DNA of 64,000 nt from Octopus vulgaris (GCA_951406725.2 OX597826.1:54064001-54128000); one strand, 5' to 3'; numbered from the stretch's first letter, positions 41,400-54,800 are shown. Numbers and translations: made by a program. The notes: generated by a model from the letters alone, not told the origin.

Positions 41400-42452
41400 G
41401 ACAATAAATCTAAGAACTCATTACCATATTTCTGTTGAAATATACCGCCTTTCTATCAATTAATTTTTAAAATAATGAAGAATTTATTAAATAACTTTTT
41501 CATCATTAAGCTGGTTTCTGGAACAAATTAACATAAAAATTTGATGGAGGGATTATAATTTAGATCAGTTGAAAACAGTTAAGTTTGCGTCATAAGAACC
41601 AAGGGAGGTCCCAGGCAGGTTGGCATCAGAAGGGTTAAATAAAGACGGGATTATCAGGACTGGCGTGAATGTCTTTCAACCATAGACCTTCTTGATAAGA
41701 GCTGACCTAGGGTTAAACAACAACAGCAACATCAATTAATTGGGACATATTTTATTAATCAAAAAACGTTGTCTAGCTGTAGATTAAATACACCGGAAGT
41801 ATTCCCGAATCAGTGACTTTCTCATAAAATTATCATCAGTAGCTGAAGGGTTCTGTATAAACATCATTAAATTATGTTTAGATTATTGTAACAAACTCCG
41901 AAGAACATGAACTAAGGCCCAAGCAAGCCGATACAAACATGTGGTTTCAATACTCGACAGAAGCTATTTCACATCATATTGTTTATAACCTTTCTGAAAG
42001 GTATATAAACATCAACACATCTCGTTCCCTCATCATCCACCGTTATCATGCTCTGTGAAAAAGGAAATATTTTAAGAGACAGACCCCCAATCTAGTAAGT
42101 CATCTTAGTCGGCCGGATCCGCTCTTTGATTTCTTAGGTTTAGGGGGGGAAAAAACACAACAGGCTCTATTTGTTGTGACGATCATGCCTTTCACAAGGA
42201 CATATACCACCAAAGGGAAGCGAATTGGCTGGAAGCAGAAAAACGAAACTGAAACAAAAAATATTAATAAAATGTCAAATAAGGGGGTTTCACAGAATTC
42301 GAAGAAACTAGTGATGGTCCGAGGCAGCAGATCGTTTTTGGATCGACAGAGCAGTACTAAGTTTCTTGAATAGAATTGAATAAAATCTAGTTTTAGCCTT
42401 GTTATATGAGGTAAACAGAATGGAAAAAAGTTATTAAAGTTACCTGTTGGAG

Positions 42453-42563
42453 ATGTTCTGTCATGTTATTGCTGCTGTTGTTTATATTTTCATGTCGGCG
42501 GCCAACGTTGACTCTGTCGTCTGCCTGCCGACATTTAAACCAGTCTTTGTTACGATAATAGAG
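42453..42563 (+). CDS. Candidate first coding exon (signal-peptide-like)
   Basis: MFCHVIAAVVYIFMSAANVDSVVCLPTFKPVFVTIIE ending at consensus donor GAG|gtaagt; no downstream exon established. Confidence 0.25.
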
Positions 42564-42758
42564 GTAAGTAGCTACCAGTGTATGTCCTAGAACAATGCCC
42601 ATCTTTTGGGTTTTATTTTTCACTAATTAACCTCTGTTTTTCACTGGAAGTTTAAGCTGTGGGGCTTGTTCATGTATTATTATTTGTGGTTGTCTGCCAA
42701 AAGAAAACGGGACGGCAGAAAGATAGAGAGTTCAGTGTGGATACCAAGGCAGACTCAC

Positions 42759-42836
42759 CTTCGGACACACCGACACTCCACCACCATCAACTACCACCGA
42801 GTAGCACAAGCATAGCAACAACAACACTCCTTTCAT
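42759..42836 (-). CDS. Candidate first coding exon of a secreted or membrane protein
   Basis: MKGVLLLLCLCYSVVVDGGGVSVCPK with an in-frame stop just upstream and consensus donor AAG|gtgagt; basic-hydrophobic-small residue signal pattern. Confidence 0.4.
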
Positions 42837-43014
42837 TCACTGCTACTTTTACTTCCACTCACACTCCTCATCCTCTTAATACGATACATATTTGTTGATC
42901 TTTCTCTCTCTATCTAACTTTAGCTGTATCTCTCTTACATGTTTATTATCCCGTAATCCTTCCACCCTCGCTTTTCTCATAATAACACAACCTTTCTCTA
43001 TATCTGACACACTC

Positions 43015-43015
43015 A

Positions 43016-43078
<63 letters not shown>

Positions 43079-43196
43079 GCTTACTCCTTCTTCTTCTTCG
43101 TTTTCTTCTTCTCTCGCTTTCTGTCACACTCCTCTCTTTCTTTAATATCCCCCTTCTTTCTATCTGCCTGTCTTTCTCTCTCTCTCTCTCCCTCTC

Positions 43197-43227
<31 letters not shown>

Positions 43228-43262
43228 CCCTCTCTCTCTCTCTCCCTCTCTCTCTCTCTCCC
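43015..43262. repeat. (CT)n/(GA)n tracts in a putative promoter/5' UTR region
   Basis: Visible in sequence, immediately upstream of the minus-strand candidate exon. Confidence 0.85.
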
Positions 43263-43463
43263 TCCTCCACTTTCATTATTGTGTCAGTGAGTGAGGCTTT
43301 GTGCATATCTGTCAATTTATGAGTGCGCGAGAGTTTATGTGTGTAACTGTTGTGTGCATTTTATATTAGTGGTTCTCTGACACTCACAACCGTCATCTAC
43401 TCTGTCCGTGTCAGTCTGTCTGCCTATCTGTCTGTCTGTCTCTGCCTCTCTCTCTCTCTCTTA

Positions 43464-43510
<47 letters not shown>

Positions 43511-43891
43511 TGTATGTATACCTCATAAATACATGCACCTACTTATATAATATAGCTATGTACGTATTTATTGTGTTTCCTCTGTTACGCTCTTTCATTC
43601 AAACACTTAACCTTCACTTTAACAAACCAGCGGGGGAGCCTCTAAGCTATCGCTCGATCTACTAGAAATAACTGCCAGATTTCCCTCTTATTACACCCTC
43701 CCACCCAGTCTCAATTAAAGAAAAGATATGTACAATAATGTAATTTTACCTTACATATTCCTAAAATGAAAAGGACGGCATGACTCGATCAAGGTTGACA
43801 TGGTTAAACATCAACATGATTTGTTATATTCTCTATCAATCTATCTTCAACGTATCTCAAGGTATCACCAGGAACCCATGTTGTTACAGTC

Positions 43892-44318
<427 letters not shown>

Positions 44319-44964
44319 TTTTTTGATTATCATAAATATGTATGATGTATGTATGTATTATTTCGCTGCTAGTTAGTTCCCTAAAAGCTGGGGTTTCGCC
44401 ATTTGTATGTTTATATTTTAATTTGGATGATTTATTTTGCTGATAAATGTTTTCCGATAACAGGTGCAGGCATGGCTCCGTAGTTCAGACGTTCGTTTCT
44501 CAACCACGTGGTTTCAGTTTCGGTTCCACCGCGTGGCTCTGAGCAAGTGTAATTTATTTTATTGCTCCGGGCTGACCAATGACTTGTGAGTTGATTTAAT
44601 AGGCAGAAACTGTGTAGAAACTCGTTATGTATGTATGTATGTATGTATGTATGTATGTATGTATGTATGTATGTATGTATGTATGTATGTATGTATGTAT
44701 GTATGTATGTATGTATGTATGTATGTATGTATGTATGTATGTGTGTGTATGTGTGTATGTGTGTATGAATGTATGTGTGTATGTATGTATGTATGTATGT
44801 ATGTATGTATGCACGTATGCACTTACGTACGTACGTTCTGGACATAAAATAAGCACCAGTGTGGATTTATTCGACTAACCCTACGTATCAGTGCTCCAGC
44901 ATGGCCACAGTTCAGTGACTGAACCAAAAGAATAACGAAGGATTTTGGCTTCGTTGATTTATTT

Positions 44965-45630
44965 TTAACCCTTTTGTCTATTCTGATATTCACATGTGAT
45001 ACACAAAATATATTTCCCTGTTGTCCCTGCATCATACATGATACACAGAGTCGATTTAAGACACAGAAATGCCTAAGCACTTAAAAGATTCTGGTGCCCC
45101 ATATATATGTAATGCAAAGAATAAACAATAATAAACAATAAAATAAAGTTTTTATTCTTCAAAATGAAACGAAACTCACAGTATGATGGAAAATATTGTT
45201 TTTATTTTTGTATACTCTCACTTTATATTTGAAAAGTTTTTTCTCACTTTTTCAAATGCAAAGACTGGTCAGATCTTCACTCTGACACCATGCACACTTC
45301 GAAATTATATTTCCGATCATATAAATCACTTCAAATATTATTTTAGAAAGTTTAAAGTGATTTATTTTGTGCCGTAAACCATTTACCATTTCTGTAATGC
45401 TCCCCTTCCCATGATGCATTAAGCACGTGCTTATTTTTCTTAATGTTTAATCCAGCGCTAATGATATAGATACCCAATTTTTTTTTCAACAGCCAGAGTG
45501 ACTTGGGGCTTACGAAAGGAAAGCTTTAAATTGATCAGAGCGTATGAGACAAGGGCTAACTAAAAAATCTGAAAACAAGCATGGATGTTTAGGACAAACA
45601 TTAAAATACTTTGAACAGGTAAAAGGTTAA
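44965..45630. mobile_element. Possible piggyBac-like non-autonomous element
   Basis: Ends ttaacccttttg... and ...taaaaggttaa. Confidence 0.45.
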
Positions 45631-45676
45631 AGCGAATACCTTAAGACATCGCCAAATAGTTTGATTTGCAGTTTGT

Positions 45677-46068
45677 TATTTCTTTATCGCCCACAAGGGA
45701 CTAAACATAGAGGGGACAGACAAAGAGATTAAGTCAATTACATCGACCCCAGTGCGTAACTGGTACTTAATTTATCGGCCCCGAAAGGATGAAAGGCAAA
45801 GTCGACCTCGTCGGAATTTGAACCCAGAACGTAACGGCAGACGAAATACCTATTTCTTTACTACCCACAAGGGGCCAAACAAGGACAGACAAAGGGATTA
45901 AGTCGATTACATCGACCCCAGTGCGTAACTGGTAATTATTTAATCGACCCCGAAAGGATGAAAGGCAAAGTCGGCCTCGGCGGAATTTGAACTCAGAACG
46001 TAGCGGCAGACGAAATACGGCTACGCATTTCGCCCGGCCTGCTAACGTTTCTGCCAGCTCGCCGCCTT
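45677..46068 (-). mobile_element. SINE-B partial tandem dimer
   Basis: Two consecutive units containing atcgaccccagtgcgtaactggta...cccgaaaggatgaaaggcaaagtcg; head only on the right-hand unit. Confidence 0.88.
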
Positions 46069-46871
46069 CAATTTTGATTTGCAGTTTGTATTCGAATTTC
46101 GCAGTGGGTCGACTTTAACTTCTTACTTTTGCTATACTGGTGCTACAAATGGATTGGTGTGCTTGCCTGAAAAAAAAAAAAAGCTAAAATTAATAAAATA
46201 AATTATAAAAGCTGTCACCCAAATTTAGAAAAAGTAGTGCTCAGTTAATAATAGATCGTACATGTTATAACAATGCAATAAATTGACTCTAATTTATTTC
46301 ACTTTGCAATTTACAGATATCTTAATTCTTTCTTTGGACGGCCTTTCGGTGTATGAACATAAAGTAGCGAACAGCAAAGTGAAACAAACTGAAAAGCTAT
46401 TCAATAAATCAGAAAGAAAGATAATTTATTCCACTTTATGGTTTAAAAATAACTTCATTCTTGGTTTCATAGAGCTGTACATTGGCAGAGTCTCCAATAT
46501 CAACCTCACTGCCTGTATTCGAATGTAAAGACACGACCAGGATGTTGTAAGAGATTGATGACATTAACAAACAACTGACCAATCAAATCTCTGGTAGAGA
46601 TCACTGTATCCAAACGCTAAGAGCAACTAAGCAATACGACGGGATATATTCAATGATTGGTGATATCTGCAAAGAACCATCACCCAAGTCACTGGTAGAA
46701 ACAGGATGTCATTAACATTTTGTTTTTGGTACCTTTTTTCTGAGACACATTATTTCCGATATATATAATTGTCTGTTTACTATGTATATATATATATATG
46801 TAAGAATTTTTTGCGTAATAGGATAAAAAAAATCAAGGCTGTATAGATATTAGAGCATTTATAGATATAAG

Positions 46872-46966
46872 GTCTTACAGCTTTTTCTAGGATATTAATT
46901 AATAATTATTAATTAATAATTATTAATTAATATTAATTAATATTATAATATCCCTTCATCGGAGAC
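46872..46966 (-). ncRNA. Type-I hammerhead-like motif with a long AT-only stem II
   Basis: Reverse complement GTCT-CCGATGA-AGGGATATT-(AT-rich)-AATATCCTA-GAAA-AAGCTG-TA-AGAC. Confidence 0.62.
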
Positions 46967-47552
46967 GGTGTGAGAGAAAAAATTAAGTCATAGTTAGTTT
47001 CGATGTGATACAAAATAGAGAGTGAGGTGGAGGAAAGAAAATAGATGAAAGATATGTATGGGTATTGAATTTGTAAATCTGTTTTATAGGCATAATGGTA
47101 TATATGAATTATTCCATTATCCTTTGAGTAAAATCCAAAAGTCCAACAGAGTTTAATATGAGTCCTTCCGAATATAGAGTTTATAAGCAATGTAAGATTT
47201 CAATATGAGTGAGATCCAGCAGATTTTTAAACTTGGTCATTCCCAGTAGGGAATATATATACAATGTTGCAAAGTCAAGGTTTGTATTTAAAATGACCTA
47301 GAAATAGGGAGTGTATTAGTATGGTTAAATTTTAAAAAAGAACAGAGGAATGAAATAAAGAGAAAAGAAAAAAAAAGAAAGAGAAAAGAGAGGAGAGAAA
47401 GAATGAATGAAAGAGAAAGAGAAACGCTGACATAGTACCAACGTTGAACACTTTATTCGCAATATTACCGAATCTGGAACTTAACTATGGTCTGTCTATA
47501 GCACTTATTCAGCATTACCTGACACCTTTGGGTCTCAATGACACCATTACCA

Positions 47553-47603
<51 letters not shown>

Positions 47604-47666
47604 GCCATTTCACCATGTTAACATCCCTACGCATGTCTTTCTCTCTCCGTTTTTTTCTTCTCAATC

Positions 47667-47702
47667 CTTTCTGACGAATAGCGTAGGTTCAAAACGTCAA
47701 AG
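47667..47702 (+). ncRNA. Minimal hammerhead-like motif (decayed)
   Basis: CTTT-CTGACGA-ATAGC-GTAG-GTTC-AAAAC-GTC-AAAG; canonical CUGANGA and GUC, but G12 mutated; same family as 7079 and 60404. Confidence 0.62.
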
Positions 47703-47794
47703 ACTTTTCCATTCTTCCCGAATATTCAACTGATACACCTGCTTGTTGTTCCTTCACATGTCTTCGTCTTTTGTTTCCTGTGAAATTATTGAAC

Positions 47795-47827
<33 letters not shown>

Positions 47828-47932
47828 ATATAAAGTTAATCCAAACAAGAAAACACAAAAAAACACAACAACGCGAGGACGTGGAACAAATATAGTATTA
47901 TTGGACGCTCAGGAAAGAAGGAAAGAAGGAGG

Positions 47933-47967
47933 GTTTAACGTTTCGAGCGGAGCTCTTCGTCGGAAAC
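47933..47967 (-). ncRNA. Minimal hammerhead-like motif, U4C variant
   Basis: Reverse complement GTTT-CCGACGA-A-GAGC-TCC-GCTC-GAAAC-GTT-AAAC, in an element (about 47834-48040) inside (TA)n. Confidence 0.68.
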
Positions 47968-50313
47968 ATAGGAGAAGGAAAGATCCCGAGAAGGGAAGAC
48001 AGAGGGAAAAAAATCGCCAACGGTACACACGCGGTCACATATATATATATTTATATACAAGATTAGCACGAAGCGTAAGGATGCAGAAAATCAACATGCT
48101 AGAAATAAGAGCTAAAGTCTTAATTAAACCACCATAAAGCACTAAGATAACAGAGAAATAACAGTAGGCGAGGACTTCCATACAGCTTACTTCACATGGC
48201 ATTGGTCCGCCTAGAGCTATAGTAAAAGACGCATGCCTAAAGTGCCGCGCAATGGAACTGAACCCGAAACCAAGTGGTCACTAAGCGTGTTTCTTAACTA
48301 CACAGCCATGTCCTGCACCTATTTCATTTACTTTCATTGCTACGTCGCCATTGAATCCAAATATCGATAGATTGCCTCCTTTAGATATCATAGCAAATGG
48401 AACTGTGTAGTTGATGTGTGTTTTCTTTAAGAATATTTGTAACATTAATTGAAATGAATTTCAAGTTCGTCCTTTGTGTCTCTGGAGATCACGAGCTTTG
48501 CTCTTTGTGGATCCTGAGGTGGTTTTTTTTTAAGGCTAATATTGGTTTCAAACTTTGGCAAAGGTCCGGAAATTTAAGGGGAGGAATAAGTCGAATATCT
48601 CGACCCTGTACTCAATAAGTAGTTATGTCATCGACTCCGGAAGGATGAAAGGGAAAATGGCGTTTGAAGTCAGAACGTAAAGATAGACGAGAAGCTGCTG
48701 AGAATTTTGCCCGGTGTGCTAACGATTTTGCTGCTCGCCGCCTTTTATTAGGCTAATATTGGCATAAAAATCCACGGTTACAGTTGTGGGAAAACATAAT
48801 AGATGAGGCAGGACCCGGCGGGATTCTTGCTTTCCATGCAGTAGTCCTACTCTCTTTTAACTTCTCTGAACATTTCTGATTCTGAGTGCTGTATTCTAGA
48901 GTACACAGCACTGCGACACAGTGAGCAATCTTGAGCTAGACGTTTCCAGCTACACTGCTCCAAGTTACACTATTTCATAATTGAGAGTGTCTTTGTATTT
49001 CCTCTTTGGTTCACCACGTGACCGAGAGACAACCTAGTTCACTAAAGTAAATCTGTTTAGGGAGTCTGATGTCGAGCATGCACGCTACACGTACTCTCCC
49101 CATTGCAGCTGGAATTTACTCAGGAAAACATATATGCTTGATATATTAGCTCTCTCGGTATATTAGTAGAGTATTATTAGAAAGGGATACCATTTACTTT
49201 AAAAGAGTATCAAACTTTACTTTTTGCCATAAAATACTCACACTAATTGATTTGTAACTTGGGCTCAAAGTCACACATTTTTGCGGCGAGGGTGTTATTG
49301 ATTAAAACCAGTACAATAGTTGATTAGTACTTTATCATATAGACCCCGGTTGGAGGAAATGAACAGTTGAAATCGGTGGGGTTTGAAATCAGAACGTAAA
49401 TAGTCGTAACTAAATACTGTAACTTATTTTGTTCGTTGCTACTCCGATTCTGCAACTCTATCATTCTTGAAATTCAACATTATTAAAAAAAAAAAAAAAC
49501 ACCACAAAACATTGCGTTAACATGTAATTGTATAATTATGTAGGCAAGATTTTACCGCAAGATAGAATTAAAGAACAGATGTGCAGTTTGTTAAGAATAT
49601 ATTTATGAGAAAAAAAAATAAATAAAATGAGTGTATATGTGTCTTCGGAAGATGTTAGCAATAAATACATTAAATTATTTGGAAAACTTATTTTAGCATC
49701 TAGCAGGAGTGTTGGCAGAGTCCCAAACACCAACAGATTGCCTAGGGATCGATCCCCGAATCACTGTGTTTATACGTTAAGCGTAAAAACAATTAAGCAA
49801 CATGAAAAGGGTTTTGTCAAAGATTGATGACGTCACCAAACAACTGACCACTCACATCTCCAGTGGAAACAGGATAACATTAACAATTTTGTTTTTTGCT
49901 CGGCATTTTGACAGATCATAGGTTATATATAGATGGTTTATCTGGTAACTGACAGTAGTTTGAAGAGCTTAAATGAGCAAGCTGCAAAACTCTACGCCAC
50001 TCACAGTTTCTGTTGTTGCTGACTCACATATCTCTCACAAACACTCATAAACTGATTCACTTGTCTCAAATACTTCTTTTTTTTTCCTGTCGTTCATTGT
50101 AACGGCAACGTCTTTTGCTAACGATAAATAAATACTTTGTATTTGGAGCCACAAACAAATTTCTTGTTCGTCCATCAATCCACTAACTCAAACATGCCTT
50201 CATTACAAGTACGTAGAATAACAGTTTAACTTGATACTATCTATTTGGTATCTGTGCCAGTCAAACTTCACTGTTGCAGCTAGCGTTACATCGTATGCAA
50301 GAAGTTGCTAGAG

Positions 50314-50561
50314 CAAGGGGTCTCAAACCACCGGGTCGTGGAACATTTGGTACCGGTTCGCACAAAAAGAATATATCTTAAAATTTTATTTCTATTTTAT
50401 TGACTATAGGCGCAGGAGTGGCTGTGTGGTAAGTAGCTTGTTTACCAACCACATGGTTCTGGGTTCATGGCACCTTGGCAAGTGTCTTCTACTATAGCCT
50501 CGGGCCGACCAAAGCCTTGTGAGTGGATTTGGTAGACGGAAACTGAAAGAAGCCCGTCGTA

Positions 50562-50615
<54 letters not shown>

Positions 50616-51396
50616 TGTGTGTGTGTTTGTGTGTCTGTGTTTGTCCCCCTAGCATTGCTTGACAACCGATGCTGGTGTGTTTATGTCCCCGTTACTTAGC
50701 GGTTCGGCAAAAAGAGACCGATAGAATAAGTACTGGGTTTACAAATAGAATAAGTCCCGGGGTCGAGTTCCTCGATTAAAGGCGGTGCTCCAGCATGGCC
50801 GCAGTCAAATGACTGAAACAAGTAAAAGAGTAAAAGAGTAAAGAGTATCGCAGTTTGCAGGATGTTTTTGCATTTATGTATTATTATTGTGATATTGTTT
50901 TTATCTTTTACTTGTTTAAGTCATCAAATTGTGGCCAAACTAGGGCACTGTCTTAAAGAACTTTTAGTGAAATGAATCGATTCCAGGACTTCTTTTTACA
51001 GTTCGGTACTTATTCTACCAGTCTCTTTTGATGAGCCGCTAAGTTACGTAAGTGTAAATACACCAACACCGGTTGTCAAGTCACACACACACACATGCGC
51101 GAGCGCGATGAGCTTCTTTCAGTTTCAGTTTCCATCTACTAGATCCACTCACAAGGCTTTGGTCGGTTCGAGGCTACAGTAGAAGACGCTTGTCCAAGAT
51201 GTCACGCAGTGGGACTGAACCCAGAACTATGTGGCTACGTGTATATGTAATAATTAAGTTATACGTAATGTAATTTATTATATTTTGTGATGCGCGTGAT
51301 ACTTGCTGTGTAGAAAAATTGTCTTGCATGAAACCGGTCCGTAGTGCAAAAAAAAAAAAATAATAAATAAATAAATAAAAAGTTGGGGAACCGCTG
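50314..51396. mobile_element. hAT/Charlie-like MITE with two nested SINE-A copies
   Basis: Termini caaggggtctcaaac / gttggggaaccgctg with subterminal ccgg(t)ccg motifs; SINEs at about 50408-50845(+) and 50905-51235(-); TSD not clear. Confidence 0.6.
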
Positions 51397-52409
51397 TTTA
51401 AATGTCTGTTCTTTGTATCTCGTGTTTGAGTTCTACAAAAGGTGTATTAGAGAAATATAACATCCAATTGTCTGGCTTTCTTCACTGTTCACTTATCCAA
51501 TTATTTAGGTCTAAATAGGAACCATGAAAATGTACAGTGATTGCAGTACTCATTCAGTTGGCCATTATCATCATTACTGAATCAAATAAAGAGAGATCGT
51601 ATTCATGATTTTTGCCGGTCGTCCTAGATTGCTAAAAAATACACGCAGACGCAAGTGCACACAAACACACACAGACACACACATTAATTTCAGTCAACTC
51701 GCAGAATTGAAACGTTGTCAAATTAATTTAGCTTCAAACTTGGGAGAAACCTTTTGAAAATTCAGTAATTGATGATGCTTACAATTCCGTGATGTAGTTA
51801 GCGAGCCAATTCCTTGATGTAGTTAGCGAGCTAAAACTCCATGAGTTCTTCGCCAGCAGTGAATGACGTCATTCCTAACCACCTAAGATATTCAAAGAAA
51901 TAATTCGATAAATGAATCAATTAACCAATCAATAAATTCAAAGGAATAAATTCTATTATTCTTAAAGTGATTTTACTGTCTCCTATTTCTCGACTGTTGT
52001 CATTTTACTTCAGACATTTCCTTAAACGCTGCTGGAAAAGGCTTCGGTAATCATATTCCGTTCTTTTGAGCTTTATGTATTTATTATCTTATTTTACTCA
52101 TTCCAGTCGATGGACTGTGGCCATGCTGGAATATCACCTTGAAGGATTTAATCGAACAAATCTACACCAGTACTTACTTTTTTGTTGTGTTTTTTTTTTT
52201 GTTTTTGATTTTGACGTCTGGTTTTTATTTTCTCGGCTTTTTTTCCAAAAACACTTGGCTGGGAACCAGTATGAGTTCTTGTATCCATTGTAACTGGTCC
52301 TTTAAAACTGCTTCTCGCTAAGTCTCATTTGTACAACAGGGACAAATTTATTAAAAATATTTCTTCTCGATGATAGCTTAGATATATGTCTGTTAATACC
52401 GTTAGTTGT

Positions 52410-52970
52410 GAAGGTACGTGGTTTAGTGGTTAGGGTAATCGGTTAGGGTAAGGGCGGCGAGCTGGCAGAATCGTTAGCACGCCGGGCGAAATGCGTAGCC
52501 GTATTTCGTCTGCCGCTACGTTCTGAGTTCAAATTCCGCCGAGGTCGACTTTGCCTTTCATCCTTTCGGGGTCGATTAAATAAGTACCAGTTGCACACTG
52601 GGATTGATGTAATCGACTTAATCCGTTTGTCTGTCCTTGTTTGTTCCCTCTGTGTTTAACCCCTTGTGGTAATCGGCTCACGATCATAAAGTCGTGAGTT
52701 CAATTCCCGGCGACGTGTTGTGTCCTTGAGCAAGATACTTTATTTTACGTTGCTCCAGTCCACTCCACTCAGCTGGCAAAAATGAGTAGTACCTATATTT
52801 CAAAGGGCCAGCCCTGTCACATTCTGTGTCACACTGAATCACCATGAGAACTATGTTAAGGACACACATGTCTGTGGTGTGCTCAACCACTTGAATGTTA
52901 ATTTCACGAGCTGGCTGTTCCGTTGATCAGATCATCTGGAACCCTCGTCGTCGTAACCGACGGAGTGCCA
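52410..52970 (+). mobile_element. SINE-C with a young SINE-B inserted into its tRNA head
   Basis: SINE-B at 52451-52669 interrupts the head; ggtaatcgg occurs on both sides. Confidence 0.82.
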
Positions 52971-53363
52971 ATACCGTTATGCTCCATATGAGCATTGGCG
53001 GGTGGATGGTGTTCCTACTTAAATTAATTGTTTTTTCATTGGGGTTATGCTAGAGACAGTACTTGCCTGTGTTTAGGTTTATTGTTGCATTTAGGAAATT
53101 TATAACTTTCAGGTTTGTATTTATCGGAATTTAGTTTTTGGTAAACCAAGCAACAGGGGCAAGATCTGTGGTTCATGAATGAGGGTAATGACAGAGATAT
53201 TATCATAGTCATTGTTCTTCTTGGCCACAAGAAACCTGAAGAAAAGGAGCCGCCATTTATATACTGTTACAACACCAACACTCCGGACATTGATGGTGCA
53301 GAGCCTCTAATAAACGACACCAATTTACAAGCAAGAACCACAAACACCCGCTGTCGCTAGACT

Positions 53364-53727
53364 AGATGCCATGGTGATCTCATTCTTGCTCACAACATCA
53401 TAAGCGGAAAGTGTAACCTCTCGAAGGAGCTGTTCTTCACTCCTGCTCCAGAGCGTCAGCTGCGGGGTCACTCCGAAAAGCTCTATCTGCGACGATTTCA
53501 TCTCAATCGAAGGAGAGGGGCTTTCTCCGTCCGGGTTGCGGATCCGTGGAATAAGCTGCCGGACGAGATAGTGAAGATGCCGACGACCGCTCGGTTCAAA
53601 GTCTCTCTTGACCAGAAATGGCCTGAACTCTTTGCATGAACACCCTCTCTGTAAAATAACTCCATGTCCCCCTACATGGCCTTGCTTTTTGCTTTTTGAG
53701 CCAAAAAATTAACTAACTAACTAACTA
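53364..53727 (+). mobile_element. 5'-truncated CR1 LINE (open C-terminus, 3' UTR, (AACT)n tail)
   Basis: GDLILAHNII...LRGHSEKLYLRRFHLNRRRGAFSVRVADPWNKLPDEIV...FKVSLD, stop at 53639. Confidence 0.9.
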
Positions 53728-54587
53728 GTTTACTGGGTGGCCCTGTTTTATAAATCTTCCAAATTGTGAAGATTTTGAAGAAATTCTCCCAATATCGATA
53801 TATGGTTGAAAACGAACCATTTCAACATACCTATACATGATTTTTCTGGGCATGCTAAAATAAAGTTTTGAAAACATGCTTCTGATTTTAATTCTTATGA
53901 AAATGGCCCTGTTGATCCTACTGTCTCCCATTATCCTCGCCACCACAACACCCACACCACCGCCGCCACCGCTGCCAATACTACTATCACCAACACCACT
54001 TTTTCTTGTATAAAATGCAACTTGGCTATTTTCGCTTTTAATAAAATTGGAAAAAAATTATAAATTTGCGATGTTAATGCATCTGGTAGAGACATCGTAA
54101 ATTAAGCTGTAATTTTGTTGTTGTTGTTATTGTTGTTGCTATTAAAGTAAAACCAGTAAAATTCCACTAAAACGAAACATAAAAAGACCAAAAAAGAAAA
54201 GGAAGATATTTTCAAATAGCAGACGTCATTTGTTTGTGATGAGATATTATTAAATATAATTATATGAAATGTAATTATACATGATTATATATAATTGATT
54301 GAAAGCAAGGATCACAACAGAACGGTGACTGTGACGGGTGGATTTAATTGTAATATATATGATATAAATGAAGTTTGGTTGTAAGATTTAACAAAGATTA
54401 GAAATCTTACTCTTAATATGCGTCTAACGAAATAGAGATAAACAACAGCGTCAGGGGGAAAATGTTTATTCATTATAACTGTCTTTGTAACATTCGGCGT
54501 TTAATCGATTGCATACGTACATATGCACATACATACCTGCATACATACATACACACACACATATATATACGTATATCTATATACGTA

Positions 54588-54693
<106 letters not shown>

Positions 54694-54800
54694 TTAATCC
54701 AAACAAGAAAACACAGAAAAAAAGAGAAAAAAAAAACACAGCAACGCAGGACGTGGAACAATTAAAGTATTATTGACGCTCAGGAAAGAAGGGAAGGAGG

